Shown here: piece by piece, positions 1 through 11,692 of the stretch
Layout: each line of letters starts with the position of its first letter
Numbering within the stretch: position 1 is the stretch's first letter
Source: Marsupella aquatica
Lineage: Eukaryota > Plantae > Marchantiophyta
Assembly (NCBI GenBank): GCA_973895155.1
Contig: OZ316891.1
Span: forward strand, 24,799,899 to 24,863,898
Direction of reading: 5' to 3'
DNA length: 64,000 nt
Notes under the pieces: generated by a model
Told to the model about the DNA's origin: nothing
What the model saw: the letters and a program-made list of their open reading frames with translations, nothing else
Databases searched by the model: none
Made by a program: the position numbers and the translations under genes

Positions 1-294
1 GTCTTCGACTATCTCCAAAGCAACTTGACGAGCAACAGCTCCTCTCTGTGAGGCCTTTTCTGGTGGGAGGGCGGTTTCTTCTCTTAAGTTTGGCACCACA
101 AATTTTTCCAATACTCTTAAGAGAGCTTCCGGGGCGCTTTGGATAGAGTACGGCATCACCTCGAAATGGAAGCTCTTCATCTTTTTAACTGGAGTGATGA
201 CGCATCTTCACAATTATAGTAGAACGTGAATTCCTCTCCCGTCTAGCTCCTTCTGGCATACACTGCCTGTACGTCAATTCAATCTTAAATTCGT

Positions 295-312
295 TCCCCG
301 GCAGCGGCGCCA
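295..312 (-). other. Primer-binding site (tRNA-Asp type) of a minus-strand Athila-like LTR retrotransposon
   Basis: The minus strand reads CA|TCTTTTTGGCGCCGCTGCCGGGGAACGA. TGGCGCCG(C/T)TGCCGGGGA is the tRNA-Asp PBS typical of Athila elements. Confidence 0.85.
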
Positions 313-318
313 AAAAGA

Positions 319-1665
319 TGTCGTATAGTGCTAAGTATCAAAAGTGACTCTCCTCACCTAAAACCAGGGTTTCGATCCCTTTAAGAACAGATTTCAGAAT
401 GAATTGTATAACTTTTATCACTCCGAGTGATTTAGAGTCTTGAGCTCTATGTTGACTTCACTTCTCAATAAAAAAATCGAATAAACAAACAACAAAGTAA
501 CTGAACTTCTGATTTATGAATTAGAGAAGAAATGAGTAAGGATTTAGAGACTACAAGCTACTGCCACTCCTTCAGAAAGGATTTGGGCTCAGTATAGACA
601 TGAAATCTATCTCATAATTCATCCATCTCACTCTTCAAAACACAAAGGTTAATGATAATGGAATTCTCAATCTGATGAAGCAGAAGCTTTCTGATTGCAA
701 ATGAATGATATGATTTAAAATGCCGTCAACATGGTTTGACATCAGCGATACGCAATTCAGTCAAACTCTAAACCATATTCCAGAATCAAAGCAACAGTAC
801 TAACTACTCTGAGAATCAGAATTTACTTCTCATTTATCATTAACTATTCTTGAATTGGCTAGCGAATCCCGACTCTGCAAGCAAGCCTAGCAGTGAATTC
901 AATACGAGTTTCAAAAATCTGCAACTGAATTCAATCACCACAGGAATCTCTTGAATTCAATCTTAACTTCAATCAATATAGCTTTACTTCCATACAAAAC
1001 ACTCACAGCATGCCTTGTTACAATGGAAGGAGGAGAAAACTATTCAGAAGACTCAATTCTGAATACAGTATTAACTCTATTTCTCTCTACTTCAAATGAG
1101 CATTCTACTCTGTCTTATAAGTGCTGGAATCCTAAAATGGAGGAGGTAAGAACAGTCGTGCCTTTCCAAGCTTAAAACTAAACAAGGGAGAAGCACAGCA
1201 TAAGTACTTCAACAAGGGTGGTAGAATACTACTTTACTAGTAATCTACTTCAAAAACTAAGTGTTGAGCGGACGCTGCTAGAAGCGTCTTAAGTAAAACC
1301 AACGGACGCTGCTCACACTGCTCACAGCGTCAATACTAGGGTGGACGCTGCTCACAGCGTCGTGTGTTGAAGCTGACGCTTTCCACAGCGTCGGTCGAAA
1401 TCCTCATAGAGTCTTGGTGGCGGTCGGGCACTGCCAAAAGCGTCATGAGGAGGTTGGACGCTTCCGCAGCGTCTTGAGTAAAAGAAACGGGCGCTGGTCA
1501 CAGCGTCGGGCAAAGTACACTAGGAATCGTCAGGAAAGCCGGAGATGTCAAATATTTCTATAAGTGTCCAGAACAAGTAAATGTTGGCCGGAAGGTGTCT
1601 AAAGTGTAAGTAAATCTTGTGATATGCTAAAAATAAACAAGTTTCCAGAAAAAATTGCAGGGACA
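319..1665 (-). mobile_element. 5' LTR (~1.35 kb) of an Athila-like Ty3/gypsy element; its internal region runs off the left edge
   Basis: TG at 319 abuts the PBS, the region is AT-rich and non-coding, and a probable terminus ...GCAGGGACA at 1665 marks an abrupt switch to GC-rich coding sequence. The right boundary is inferred and no TSD can be checked. Confidence 0.7.
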
Positions 1666-2802
1666 CCCATACCACAACGAACCCTTCCCCGCATCAACGT
1701 TACAAAGTTGGTCCCAGCTAGGTGGGTTTTTCCGGCATTGGAGAGACGGCCCCAACCCGAGGCCCGAAGTCCAGTGGACACGCCAGCTTCACCCACCCCA
1801 CCTCCTCAAATAGCTATAATCGTAACCGAGGAGGCACCGGAGGGGTCGGTCGTCGCAACCGTTGATGCGACCCAACTAGCCGGGCTAAGTACAGAAGTTG
1901 GTACGGCAGAGGTCTTACCCAAACCCGGGTCTCCTAAGGACCCGCCGGTGGCAATTCCGGAGAACCGGACATCGCTGCAGGAGGATACTCTGGCCCCTTC
2001 CAACGTTATGTCCCCAGGGCTGGACGTCACTGCCCCGGCCCCTGCGCGTGTTGATGTCTGCCCGTGCCCAAATCCGGACAGGCACAACTTGGACCACCCG
2101 GAACTCTTCGTACAGGGTACGTTTCTGAACGGGCTTCTGGGAGATTTCTCTCATCAAATTGCCCGGGATACCGGGGAGTTCATGGCCCGGAAGGTAGCCT
2201 GTTTCTTCAATCAGGAGTTGGTTGCCGCCGTAAAGGCAGGGCGGGCCCAGTCGGAGGCCCTTCAGAGGATAGAGCGGTACCGGGTGGAGTCCGTGTACCT
2301 AAAAAACAAAGTGGCGGCTCAAGAGGCTGAGCTTCTGCAACTACGACCCAAGGTTGCAGCCGCCGATGAGTTGTTAGCAAAGGCGTACGCTCTTACCGCC
2401 CTAGCCAAACAGGCCAAAGCTGGGAACGAGGCCGAGATTACACGACTCCGGAACCAGATTGACAGTTTGAAGAAACAAGCTGTCACCTGGCAGAAAGACC
2501 TGGAGGAGGCCGAGGAGCGAGCCCAGCGGGACGCGACGGAGATAGCCACGCTGCAGGCCGAGATGGCGCGGCTCCAAACCGAGGCCGACAAGCAGGACCA
2601 GTTGGCGAGTAAACTGACGAGCGACGCCCAGCAGCTGGAGGAGGCATGTCAGGAGGCAGCAGAGGAGACGGACGCGGCGAGGCGAGAGAACGAATCTCTG
2701 CTGGACCAGGTCCAGCTCCTCAAAGCGGACAATGACAGGCTTCGAAGGCAGCGGGATGGCCGTTCCCATTCGGGCGGCTCTGGCAAGCGTGCCAGGCATT
2801 AG
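1666..2802 (+). pseudogene. C-terminal fragment of an LTR-borne accessory protein (Pro-rich linker plus coiled coil)
   Basis: AEMARLQTEADK...AAEETDAARRENESL resembles EVARLQTEADE...EAEEAVRDNKAL in ORF 15425-17875. The first ~14 codons of the ORF-track call come from the Athila-like LTR. Confidence 0.65.
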
Positions 2803-3701
2803 CGGCGGAGTAGGAATAGATTAGGATTAGGATTGGCTTAGTCAGGCTCTTGGGACAGGCACCTGCCTTAGGTACAGCAGCGCTGCCCTGCTGTCCAGCC
2901 TGCGTAGATTAGGATCTTCTAATAAGACACAGCCGTTTTCCGGCCTGACTGTCAGCTTAGTTAGGACCTTGGTCAGCGGATCTTCGGCGGGAGGACGCCC
3001 CGTTCCTCGGCTCTTAGTATTTAGTGCACCCCTCGGTAGAGGCAAGGGGGGGTTTTTAGTTTCAGAGTCGGACATCCGCGGGACATGCGGGGAGTCCCGA
3101 CCTCTGGGAATGATAGAGTACCAAGGGAAGGGGGTAGGACTAAGCTCGCCGGGCGAGTGCGGAGCCGGGCTCCGTTGTAGTGTGCACCCTTGGCCTTGAA
3201 CCTGTGCATTCCAGGGCTGTCGTGTCAACTAAGTGTACGCATATGTTCCCTTTGTAGTAAAATCCTTTCCCATCATTTTTCCTTCGTGTAAATCGAGATT
3301 GTATGCATGTGTGCGCATATGTGTGTGGGTTTCTCGTATATGGGTGGCAGCGCCGGGCCGAACGCACTACCCGAGACGTGCACAGGGTGCAGCCTGCGGG
3401 TAAGTGGTTGCGAGCACGGGTTGAGGACCTGTATCATCGAATCCGGATTGAAGGCGGACAGCACGAAGGCTTAGAAGCCCTTAAGCCGGGGTCGATCCTG
3501 CTATCGACTAAGGTACGTTCCGGCAGCGGAACACAAACCATACCTAGGAGGTGTCCGTATTTAGCAATATGCGCACTTAGCGCTAGTTTACGAGAATAAG
3601 GTGCATTACGTGCTTCCCTTCCTGCCCAAACCCTCAGATTTACGAGGGATGTGCCCGTCTAAGCTGAAGTCTGAGTTAAGGCCGAAGCCTACGACGTGAC
3701 A
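1666..3701 (+). mobile_element. 3' part of an ORF-containing LTR (family B-like), interrupted on the left by the Athila-like LTR
   Basis: Ends ...CGACGTGACA at 3701, exactly where the minus-strand MULE accessory ORF is cut. It contains the C-terminal half of an ORF homologous to 15425-17875, followed by TTAGGA-rich 3' sequence. Confidence 0.6.
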
Positions 3702-5518
3702 GTCTCTTCGTAATTGAGACTGTCACAAAGTACTGCGGAGTGGGCAACCGAAGCACTGTGCACTATGCCAAACAATCCCTCATCATCAAGGAAAACTCGC
3801 GCAAAATCCTCAACCCGACTGAGGTCGTCTGGCCGGAACAAATTCCACAATGGGATGTTCCCATCCGCGTGCATGCGGGTGTCTGATCCCATTTGAATCA
3901 GAATCAGATTTGCACCAGACCTTGCAGGCTTCCCATTCTTTAGCCAACCTTCTGCAGCCAAACCACCCCGCCTAAGCTTTCTGCACCAGTCTCTAAAATG
4001 GAGTACCACAGCCGGTTCTTTACTGTCATTGGCAACGTCAAAGTAAGTTTTGAAAAGATACGGAGACCATTTAAAATAACAATGCCTAAGCGGGGAAGAA
4101 AAGTTATCGGCGCTTGAACGCCGAACTCCAACCACCTCTGTGCCATCCGACTCCGGTTTGCCTTCAACGTCCTCTTCGTAATTTGGGCCATCCGTTGGGG
4201 CCTCATGTTGGATTGTCGTGGGCGGAACCTCTATTGGGCTGGGCGGGGGTTGCTCTATGGGGCTGGGCGGAATGTCTTCAAGCTCAGTGTCACGTGCTTT
4301 TGCGCGGCGAGGTTTGGGCCTCGTTGTTTTGGTCTTTTTTGCAGCCTTTGTCTTTGGCCTTGAGGATAATGGCATCCATTTTGGCGCCGGAGTATCAGAC
4401 TCACGCCCCTCTTGTTCGTCTTCTCCTTCGTCCTCTACCCGTTTGTCTTCTCCTTCGTCCTCTACCCGTTCATCTTCTCCTTCGTTAGCTACCCATACGT
4501 CGTCTGAATGATCCCCTCCTTGGGTTGCGTTCTCTCCCTGGGATGCATCATGCTCTTGTTCCTGCTCGCTTTGTTGGTCCAGAGGCTGGTCTACCATTGG
4601 CTCTGTCAAAGGCTGCATGCTTTGTTGCTCCACTTGCTGGTTGCCTTGTTGTAGTGTAGCCGGCTCTATCGTTGGTTCTGCAATTGGTTCTGTAGCTGAC
4701 TCTATTGTTGGCTGTGGAGCCTTCTCTATAATTGGCTTTGAAGCCACTTCTACAGCCTTGCTTTTTACAAAACCTGGTTCCTCCGGTATCTCCTTCATAC
4801 CTGGATAGATTGCAAAGCAATGGGGTTATTGATCCTAAGCTTCTCCGCGAGCCTCGCCGACATGACATCCAGACACTTGACATTATACTTCATCTGCAAA
4901 GGTCCGGACGACATTTGGCTGTTCTTCTCAGCGAGCCTCGCCGAGATGAGATCCAAGGGTTCGGACGAGATGCGACTGAAACTTGTTTGTTCTCAGCGAG
5001 CCTCGCCGAGATGAGATGCAGTCTATCTCAACGACCCAAAAATTGGTTCAGTACTATGTTAGCAAACCCAGCCAAGATGTAGTTCCAAATGAAACCACTA
5101 TGCAGTGCAAAAGGAATCGAGTAATACCTGATATTTTTCTTGGACTGGTTAGCGAGTCAGACTGACTGATGTCGCTCGATGGTTCCTTCTCAACCTTCCG
5201 TTCACCTTCTTTTCTGGCCTTCTTCCCGTCATAGGCAGGGTCAGTTGGGATAAGGGTCTCCACCTCTGTTGCCTCCATTACTGAATCTGACAGTTGTCGC
5301 AACTTTGTTATATCGTAGTAATTACTAGGTTCCTGTGCTTCTTTGAGCAGGTCTGCACTATCCTTCTCGACAACCTCGAGAAAAGTGTTCCAATTGTCAT
5401 ACTCCATGTACCATGGGCAGTTCCTCCATTCCCAATCCGAGAATACTCTGCCATGAGGCATGCGACCATCACATGGATACATGCTAAGGCTACCTGTAGC
5501 CTCCATCCAAGGGGCCAT
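3702..5518 (-). pseudogene. Acidic/low-complexity accessory gene of the MULE, at least 2 exons, truncated at both ends
   Basis: ORFs 5054-5518 and 3689-4798. A minus-strand acceptor (...TATCCAG) lies at about 4801 and the intervening segment carries motif copies. The C-terminus is cut by the LTR ending at 3701. Confidence 0.5.
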
Positions 5519-7656
5519 TTCTATCGGGGCCTGTGCACAATCTTTGTTTGTGAGCTGGTTTCAGAAGATAGTGCAGCATTACAAACTGCATGGAAGGTCA
5601 TGAGGAGGGTGTGTGGAGAACATGGGCTTATCAATGTTGAATTTTGTGGCTTTATGGCTGATAATGCTGCTGCTGGGTGGAATGCAATCCGCAATGAATT
5701 TTGGGATGGAAAGGTAAATACCCATAGAGAGAGGTCTGATGCGTTTCACTGGGCCCAATCAGTGGAGAGGGTGCAGAAGCACATTGTCCCACAGAAGAGA
5801 TTTGAGCATAAGGAAATTCTAGATTCGCTTCGACACGCCAACAACATAGTTCTTGCATTTCAAGTTTTTGAGAAGCTTAAGACGTGGTGGAGCGAGGGCA
5901 ACGCACTACCCGGAAAAGCGAAGGAGCTCACAACGTGGATGTCTTGGTGGATTGTTCGGTTTTCTCAATGGGGAAATTTTTTGAGACTCGTAAGTGTCTA
6001 ACGCTTTTCCTCTATATGCATGAAATCCGTCAAATCTTGGCGAAGCTCGCTGACATGGGGTCAGTTGAAGGGATGTTCAATTGGACGACCTCTGTCTGTA
6101 ACGCTTTCTGTCAAATATCGGCGGCGGTCGCCGAGATATGTTTCCAATTGTATTGACATTCTTCTTGGAAATTGTAGGAGATGGACAGAGAAAAGGCTGC
6201 GCTGATGCCTAACCACAGCGGGGCAGAGTCGGTGCATGCGGTCATGCGGAAATGGTCCTCTAATAGAAAGGTTGGGTTAGTACAGTCCTGTAACTTAGAT
6301 GCAACTCGAGCATTGAGCCAGGTTGCATCTTTGGAGCACTACCAACACAGTGGGAGGAAAGGGCGGGGACCGAGCCTATTTGAACTCCGACTTCGAGACG
6401 CTACTGCTGTTGGGAATGTGGAATCTTTCTTTTCAAAATTGAACACAGTTATAACTCAACCAGAATTGCGTAAGTTCTCGTCGGTGGACCCACTTAGCGG
6501 AGATGTAGAAACGGTTTCTATGAAGCACGGGAAGGCCGTATCTGGCGCTCATGTGGTAGTAGAAGATTCACACAGGCCTGACATTGTTCTGGTAACGAGA
6601 CCAAAGAAGAGGAAGTTCAAGGGGGTTGCAAACAGGGACGCAACCTTAAAAAGCACAGATCCTGAAGTTGTGGATCTGTCTTCTGATGGCGGTAGTGGCT
6701 TGGGCGAGCCTGAAGTTGTCATTGTGGACCCTCTCCAACGGACAACAAGGTCAACCCCACATCCGGAGCCCGTCAGAAGACATGTTCAGGAAACTGATTT
6801 GGTGCCAGGGACGTTATTTCTGGCCCGCATCTCAACATGTGGTAAGAGTCCCGGTTGTAGAGGTGCGTTCAAAGGCAAGGAACGGGGAGTATGTGCTCGA
6901 TTTATTAGAGAGGCAGGATTGAAAGTGAGCGGATTGGGTGTTGTTGGTATTTGTTGGCTGGCGGGGAGTAAATTTAATGAACCAGGTGTTCCATATCCGT
7001 ATTGGTTTTGTCCGAACAACCAGTGTTGCACAAAATCCTCTTTGCCTTTCATTACCAGCGTGCTACCACCACTGCCTTCAAAGTTTCCGGTCTCTCGTGG
7101 TACTAATCTTACAGAAGCAGAGGTTATTTTCCTGCACAACAATGGAGTGGATGTCATTTCTGGTGGTGATGTTATGAATGAGGTAGTGAGTGCTGGCGAC
7201 ATCATCATGGATTTGAACACATACCCAGAGCGGCCAGATCCTACAAGGCCTGACGATCGTGGTACTCGCCGCAATGGCCAGGCAAGGCGAAGGAGGTCAG
7301 ACCCCCCCAAGGATGCATTAGCACGTATCCAAAATGCTAAGACCGAGGCCATTGTGTGCACGTCAATGAGGAGAATTGAAATAGGGAATGCTACCGGCAT
7401 AAAGCTCATGGTGAACAACACTAGCAGGGGGCGAACTTCAGTACATTGCGTCCAGATCTGTGTCTTCCCAAGTTGCTCCTGCAAGGATTTCATGTATAGG
7501 GAGTCGATGGGAAGAGCCTACTTCCCGTGCAAGCACTTGTACTGGTGCTTTGCAAACATCTGTAAAAGGGACATTGACACGGATCAATGTGTAAACCAAC
7601 CTATCTTGACTCTAATTGAGGTCCGCGGCCTTGTAGCAAATGCCAATATCGTCTGA
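5519..7656 (+). CDS. MuDR/MULE-type transposase, 5'-truncated; 2 exons (to 5989; 6178-7656)
   Basis: FMADN (catalytic D), DAFHW (CxxH-equivalent), NHSGAESVH (catalytic E) and a C-terminal SWIM finger CSCKDF...PCKH. The intron GTAAGT(5990)...TGTAG(6177) joins the two ORFs in frame. Confidence 0.8.
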
Positions 7657-7898
7657 CATTGTATGTCGGCGACCCTCGTTAACATTGTCTCCTTCTTCAG
7701 GAGATCATCTTGGCGACCCTCACCGTGTCATCTAATCTTGGCGACCCTCGCCGAGTCATCTAATTTTGGCGACCCTCGCCGACGTAACTCTTGAGTCATC
7801 TTGGCGACCCTCGCCAACATGGACTTCAGGGTTGCGGGCCTAGGGTTAGGGGGTTAGGGTTTATAATATGACCGTTATAAGTATAGGGTTACGGATTT

Positions 7899-8627
7899 AT
7901 GTTGGCGAGGCTCAGATTCGACCCTAAACCCGCTTGGGTCCTTGGGATGAGGGTTGTTGCTTTGTTCGAAACTATGGATCCTAGTGCAGGCGGACGTGAG
8001 ATGGTGATTGATAGGACACAAGAAAGGCTTACATCGGAATTGCAGACACTTCTTGCTAGTAAAGAACAAGACCGTGCTCGCATCTGGAATCTCCCCTCCT
8101 CTCGTTATCCCCTACGATGTCGCCCTCCAGCCGGTAACTTGATTCCGGGATTGCCTGATGATCATGTGGAGTTGCACATATGGCCCCGGATCCGATCAAT
8201 GTTGGAAGATGTTGTGCTTGTGGATGCTCCAGTGAGGAATATGTGCCTGATGGTGCGGTCTGTTGCGCATATCAACAGGAAATGGAGATATTTGATAACA
8301 AACTCCATAGCATGGGCTGCAATGACTACTGCTGTGATATTTTGTGCCACAAGATGGCCTGAATTGACACCTCACTTCTTTCGTGAGTCAATGAGAGCGT
8401 TCCCACCGATTGATGTTTGGGCTCGGTTGGCTGATGATATCTTAAATGAGAGGATCGATTCCTGGTTATTATGTGATTCGGAGGAAGCGGACTGTTATCT
8501 GTCGATATATGGTGTTCAGCAAGAACGAGTAGATGCTTGGAAAAGGACTCGTCTTGATAATTGGTACACTGAGCAGGTTCAGGAAAGACTTGATCAAGGT
8601 GTAAGTGTCAATCGTGACAACTTTTAG
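7899..8627 (+). CDS. F-box-like protein (MULE cargo, paralog 1)
   Basis: 242-aa ORF with LIPGLPDDHVELHIWPRI...VAHINRKWRYLI, an F-box-like signature. Confidence 0.6.
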   Translation: MLARLRFDPKPAWVLGMRVVALFETMDPSAGGREMVIDRTQERLTSELQTLLASKEQDRARIWNLPSSRYPLRCRPPAGNLIPGLPDDHVELHIWPRIRSMLEDVVLVDAPVRNMCLMVRSVAHINRKWRYLITNSIAWAAMTTAVIFCATRWPELTPHFFRESMRAFPPIDVWARLADDILNERIDSWLLCDSEEADCYLSIYGVQQERVDAWKRTRLDNWYTEQVQERLDQGVSVNRDNF

Positions 8628-8821
8628 GTGCACTTCATATCATTATCGGTTTAGTGTATAGAATACGCAGGAGTACGCCACACCTGGTTCAGATTTAGAG
8701 ATCATGGACTAATTTTGTACGACTTTTTTGAGTAATAAATACTTGGCGACATGAGATCCTTCCTATCTTTCACTATCAATTCTCGGCGAGGGTCTTTGAC
8801 ATTTGGACCGTTTAGGGTTTA

Positions 8822-8842
8822 CCCTAAACCCTAAACCCTAAA
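8822..8842 (+). promoter_or_regulatory. Telo-box-like (CCCTAAA)3 upstream of F-box paralog 2; a similar TAGGGTT cluster at 7841-7863 precedes paralog 1
   Basis: Three tandem plant telomere-type heptamers in the intergenic region. Confidence 0.35.
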
Positions 8843-9415
8843 CACGTACCCCCTATACTGGGCCGTAAATCCTAGACCCTTGCGTACTTCCCTTGCGTAC
8901 TTTCTTGTTTAGTCCGTTAACAAGATGTACGTTGTCAAGTATAGTTGGGATGTCCCGTATCCATGACGTAGTTTTGTGCGGTGCGGTACGTGCGGTACGT
9001 GCTCCCTTCTTCCTTACTCTTCCTCTTCCTCTTCACTCTTTGTTAGGGTTTTCAACGTCCTTCTCACTTATCCCTGCGCTTGGTTGAATTTCTACACTTT
9101 GACATTCATCGCACTGGGCAAAAATGACATCGCTGTTCATTTCTTAGGGAGAGCCTCCCCACGAAGGCAGACGTTCTACGCCCGTTGCGCGACCGGCGCG
9201 TAGCCCCTACAGGGTCAAGATCAACCCGCAGACTTCGCAAGTGGAGACCGTCGAAACCAATATGTCAATGTCGCTATCGTTATAAAGAGGAGGGCACTTT
9301 CTCTATTCTTCATCCGCTTGTTCGGTTGGTTGGTTGTTGTGTTCAATTTGTTGGGTGTCATCTTCATCTCACGGGTGCTTCAAGCGGCTAAACTTGCTTC
9401 AAGCGGCTCTCCAAC

Positions 9416-10126
9416 ATGGAAGGATCATACACAAAGAGGCGTTATCATGAAAAGTGCACTACAGGCCTTGATAAGTTTACGGCGACAATTACTGAGCTGA
9501 AATTGAAAGCTGATTTTGATCGGCTCTCAATATGGGGGACTGTTGGGGAGCCTATTCCGGAGGAAGCAGAAGAAGCAAAAAGGCAAAGTCTCATCCATGG
9601 CCTCCCGGATATGCTGACAGAGGGACATGTTTGGCCTCTACTTAGAAATGCATTTGAGTCTGCAAATGCACATGGCACTGATGATGATGCTACCTTCAAG
9701 ACGATCGACAACATGCGCATATTGTCCAGAGTTAGTAGGAAATGGAGATTCCTTGTGACTCACTCCAAGGGATGGGCAGCGTTAAAAGTGGTGAAGGACG
9801 TCATTAAAAACATGGACGACAACCGACATTGGAATCGTCACTCAACCGCGTGTACGTTCCGTGTTCTCTTATGACAAATTCCGCCTATTGATGCCCTCTC
9901 TATGATGTCAGTTATATCACTCAAGTCTTGGGTGGCAAACTACGTCTGGAGGACGAAGATAATTGAGAGGGATCTGTACGATAAGTTCTTCGATGGAGAT
10001 GTGCTAGGAAGAGTCCAGGACTGGGTGGAGAACAGGTTAACCCCAATCTTATGGTGTGACAATGTAGAAAAATTGCCGAGCAACAATCCGGACAGTGGCT
10101 ACGGGCTTTATTCTAGTGATATTTGA
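9416..10126 (+). pseudogene. F-box-like protein (MULE cargo, paralog 2) with one internal stop
   Basis: LIHGLPDMLTEGHVWPLL...LSRVSRKWRFLVT parallels paralog 1. ORFs 9416-9874 and 9902-10126 are in the same frame, separated by TGA. Confidence 0.6.
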
Positions 10127-10431
10127 TTGTGAAGGCACAGGAGGTCATCGCGGATAGCATTGTCGATAGGGTCCACTGGCCACTAGGTCATGTCATGACT
10201 TGAACTCATCACGTAGTAATGAGGTCAGGGGTAGCATCATGGACTAATTTTGTATGACATTTTTCAATAATAAAAAAGCTTACGTTATCGTACTATTGGT
10301 GTGGTCTTTTTTCCCTCCCGGCGGTCTCGCCGACATCCAAACGGCACCATTGGAATTCGGCGAGGGTCTCCAAGATGTAGTGTTCGTGAATGCTACTCAC
10401 CTTGGAGACATTCGCCATTTGTCGGATCTGA

Positions 10432-11150
10432 GTGACCCTTGCCGAAATGGCACTGAAACCGGATGTCAGCGACCCTCGCCAAAATGGCACTGAAATCGGA
10501 TGTCAGTGACCCTCGCCGGAATGGGACTGAAACCAGATGTCAGCGACCCTCGCCGAAATGGCACTGAAACCGGATGTCAGCGACCCTCGCCGGAATGGCA
10601 CTAAAACCAGATGTCAACGACCCTCGCCAAAATGGCACTGAAACCGGATGTCAGCGACCCTCGCCAAAATGGCACTAAAACCAGATGTCAACGACCCTCG
10701 CCGAAATGGCACTGAAACCGGATGTCAGCGACCCTCGCCGGAATGGCACTAAAATCGGATGTTAGCGACCCTCGCCGGAATGGCACTAAAACCGGATGTC
10801 AACGACCCTCGCCGAAATGGCACTAAAACTGGATGTCAACGACCCTCGCCGAAATGGCACTGAAACCGGATGTCAGCAACCCTCGCCAAAATGGCACTGA
10901 AACCGGATGTCAGCGACCCTCGCCGAAATGGCACTGAAACCGGATGTCAGCGACCCTTGCCAAAATGGCACTGGAACTGGATGTCAGCGACCCTCGCCGG
11001 AATGGCACTGAAACCGGATGTCAACGACCCTCGCCGGAATGGCATTAAAACCGGATGTCAACGACCCTCGCCGAAATGGCACTGAAACCGGATGTCAGCG
11101 ACCCTCGCCGAAATGGCACTGAAACCGGATGTAGTGACCCTCGCCGGAAT
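10432..11150 (+). repeat. Tandem array of a 37-bp unit, ~19 copies (GGCACTGAAACCGGATGTCAGCGACCCTCGCCGAAAT)
   Basis: Unit starts at 10449, 10486, 10523, 10560 ... 11115 give an exact 37-bp period with no unique spacers. Confidence 0.95.
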
Positions 11151-11692
11151 GGAACTTCGCAGGAATGGAACTTCGTCGGAATGGAACTTCCCAACCGGAT
11201 GTCTGCGATCCTCGCCGAAATTGCACTTACCAAGGAAAGTAAGAAACTGGATCTGAGAGACCCTCGCCGAAATGGAACTTAGGATCATAATTTTGACCGT
11301 TGCCGAGTGAGAGAACCACCAGATCTTGGAGACCCTCTCCGAGATCTACTTACACCCTAAACTCTTTGTCATCAAACTAACAAAGAAGTCGCTGGCGTCT
11401 AATCTCAGAGATCCTCGCCGAAATGGGATTACGTAGTAACTGTGGAATCATACGCTCATATAGTGCCAAAAACTAATCCTGACAGTCTTGACCGTTGCAG
11501 GTCAAATCAACATTAACTCATTTGTTGGCCAAACCTGGAGTGTGTGTGAAAAGACATGTACCCGTTATTACGAGCGGACGTTGTTGTCCCTTCAACCGTC
11601 TAGGGATAGGATACCAATAATTGCTGGATTTTTAGTGGCAATGATGATGATTGTCTTGTACGTTGCAGGTCACCACAACACGGACTAGATAG

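Noticed and set aside
1268-1510. CRISPR-like palindromic repeats with variable spacers
   Set aside because: The repeats are short and degenerate with irregular spacing, and they lie within an LTR.
5294-5518. Genuine overlapping antisense coding of two genes
   Set aside because: The N-terminal part of ORF 5294-6001 is the chance open antisense of the minus-strand gene; the junction looks like a deletion.
8822-8842. Telomere or chromosome-healing site
   Set aside because: Only three heptamers, located internally; better explained as telo-box-like promoter elements.
10432-11150. CRISPR array (37-bp periodic repeat)
   Set aside because: The units are contiguous with no unique spacers, there are no cas genes, and the context is eukaryotic.
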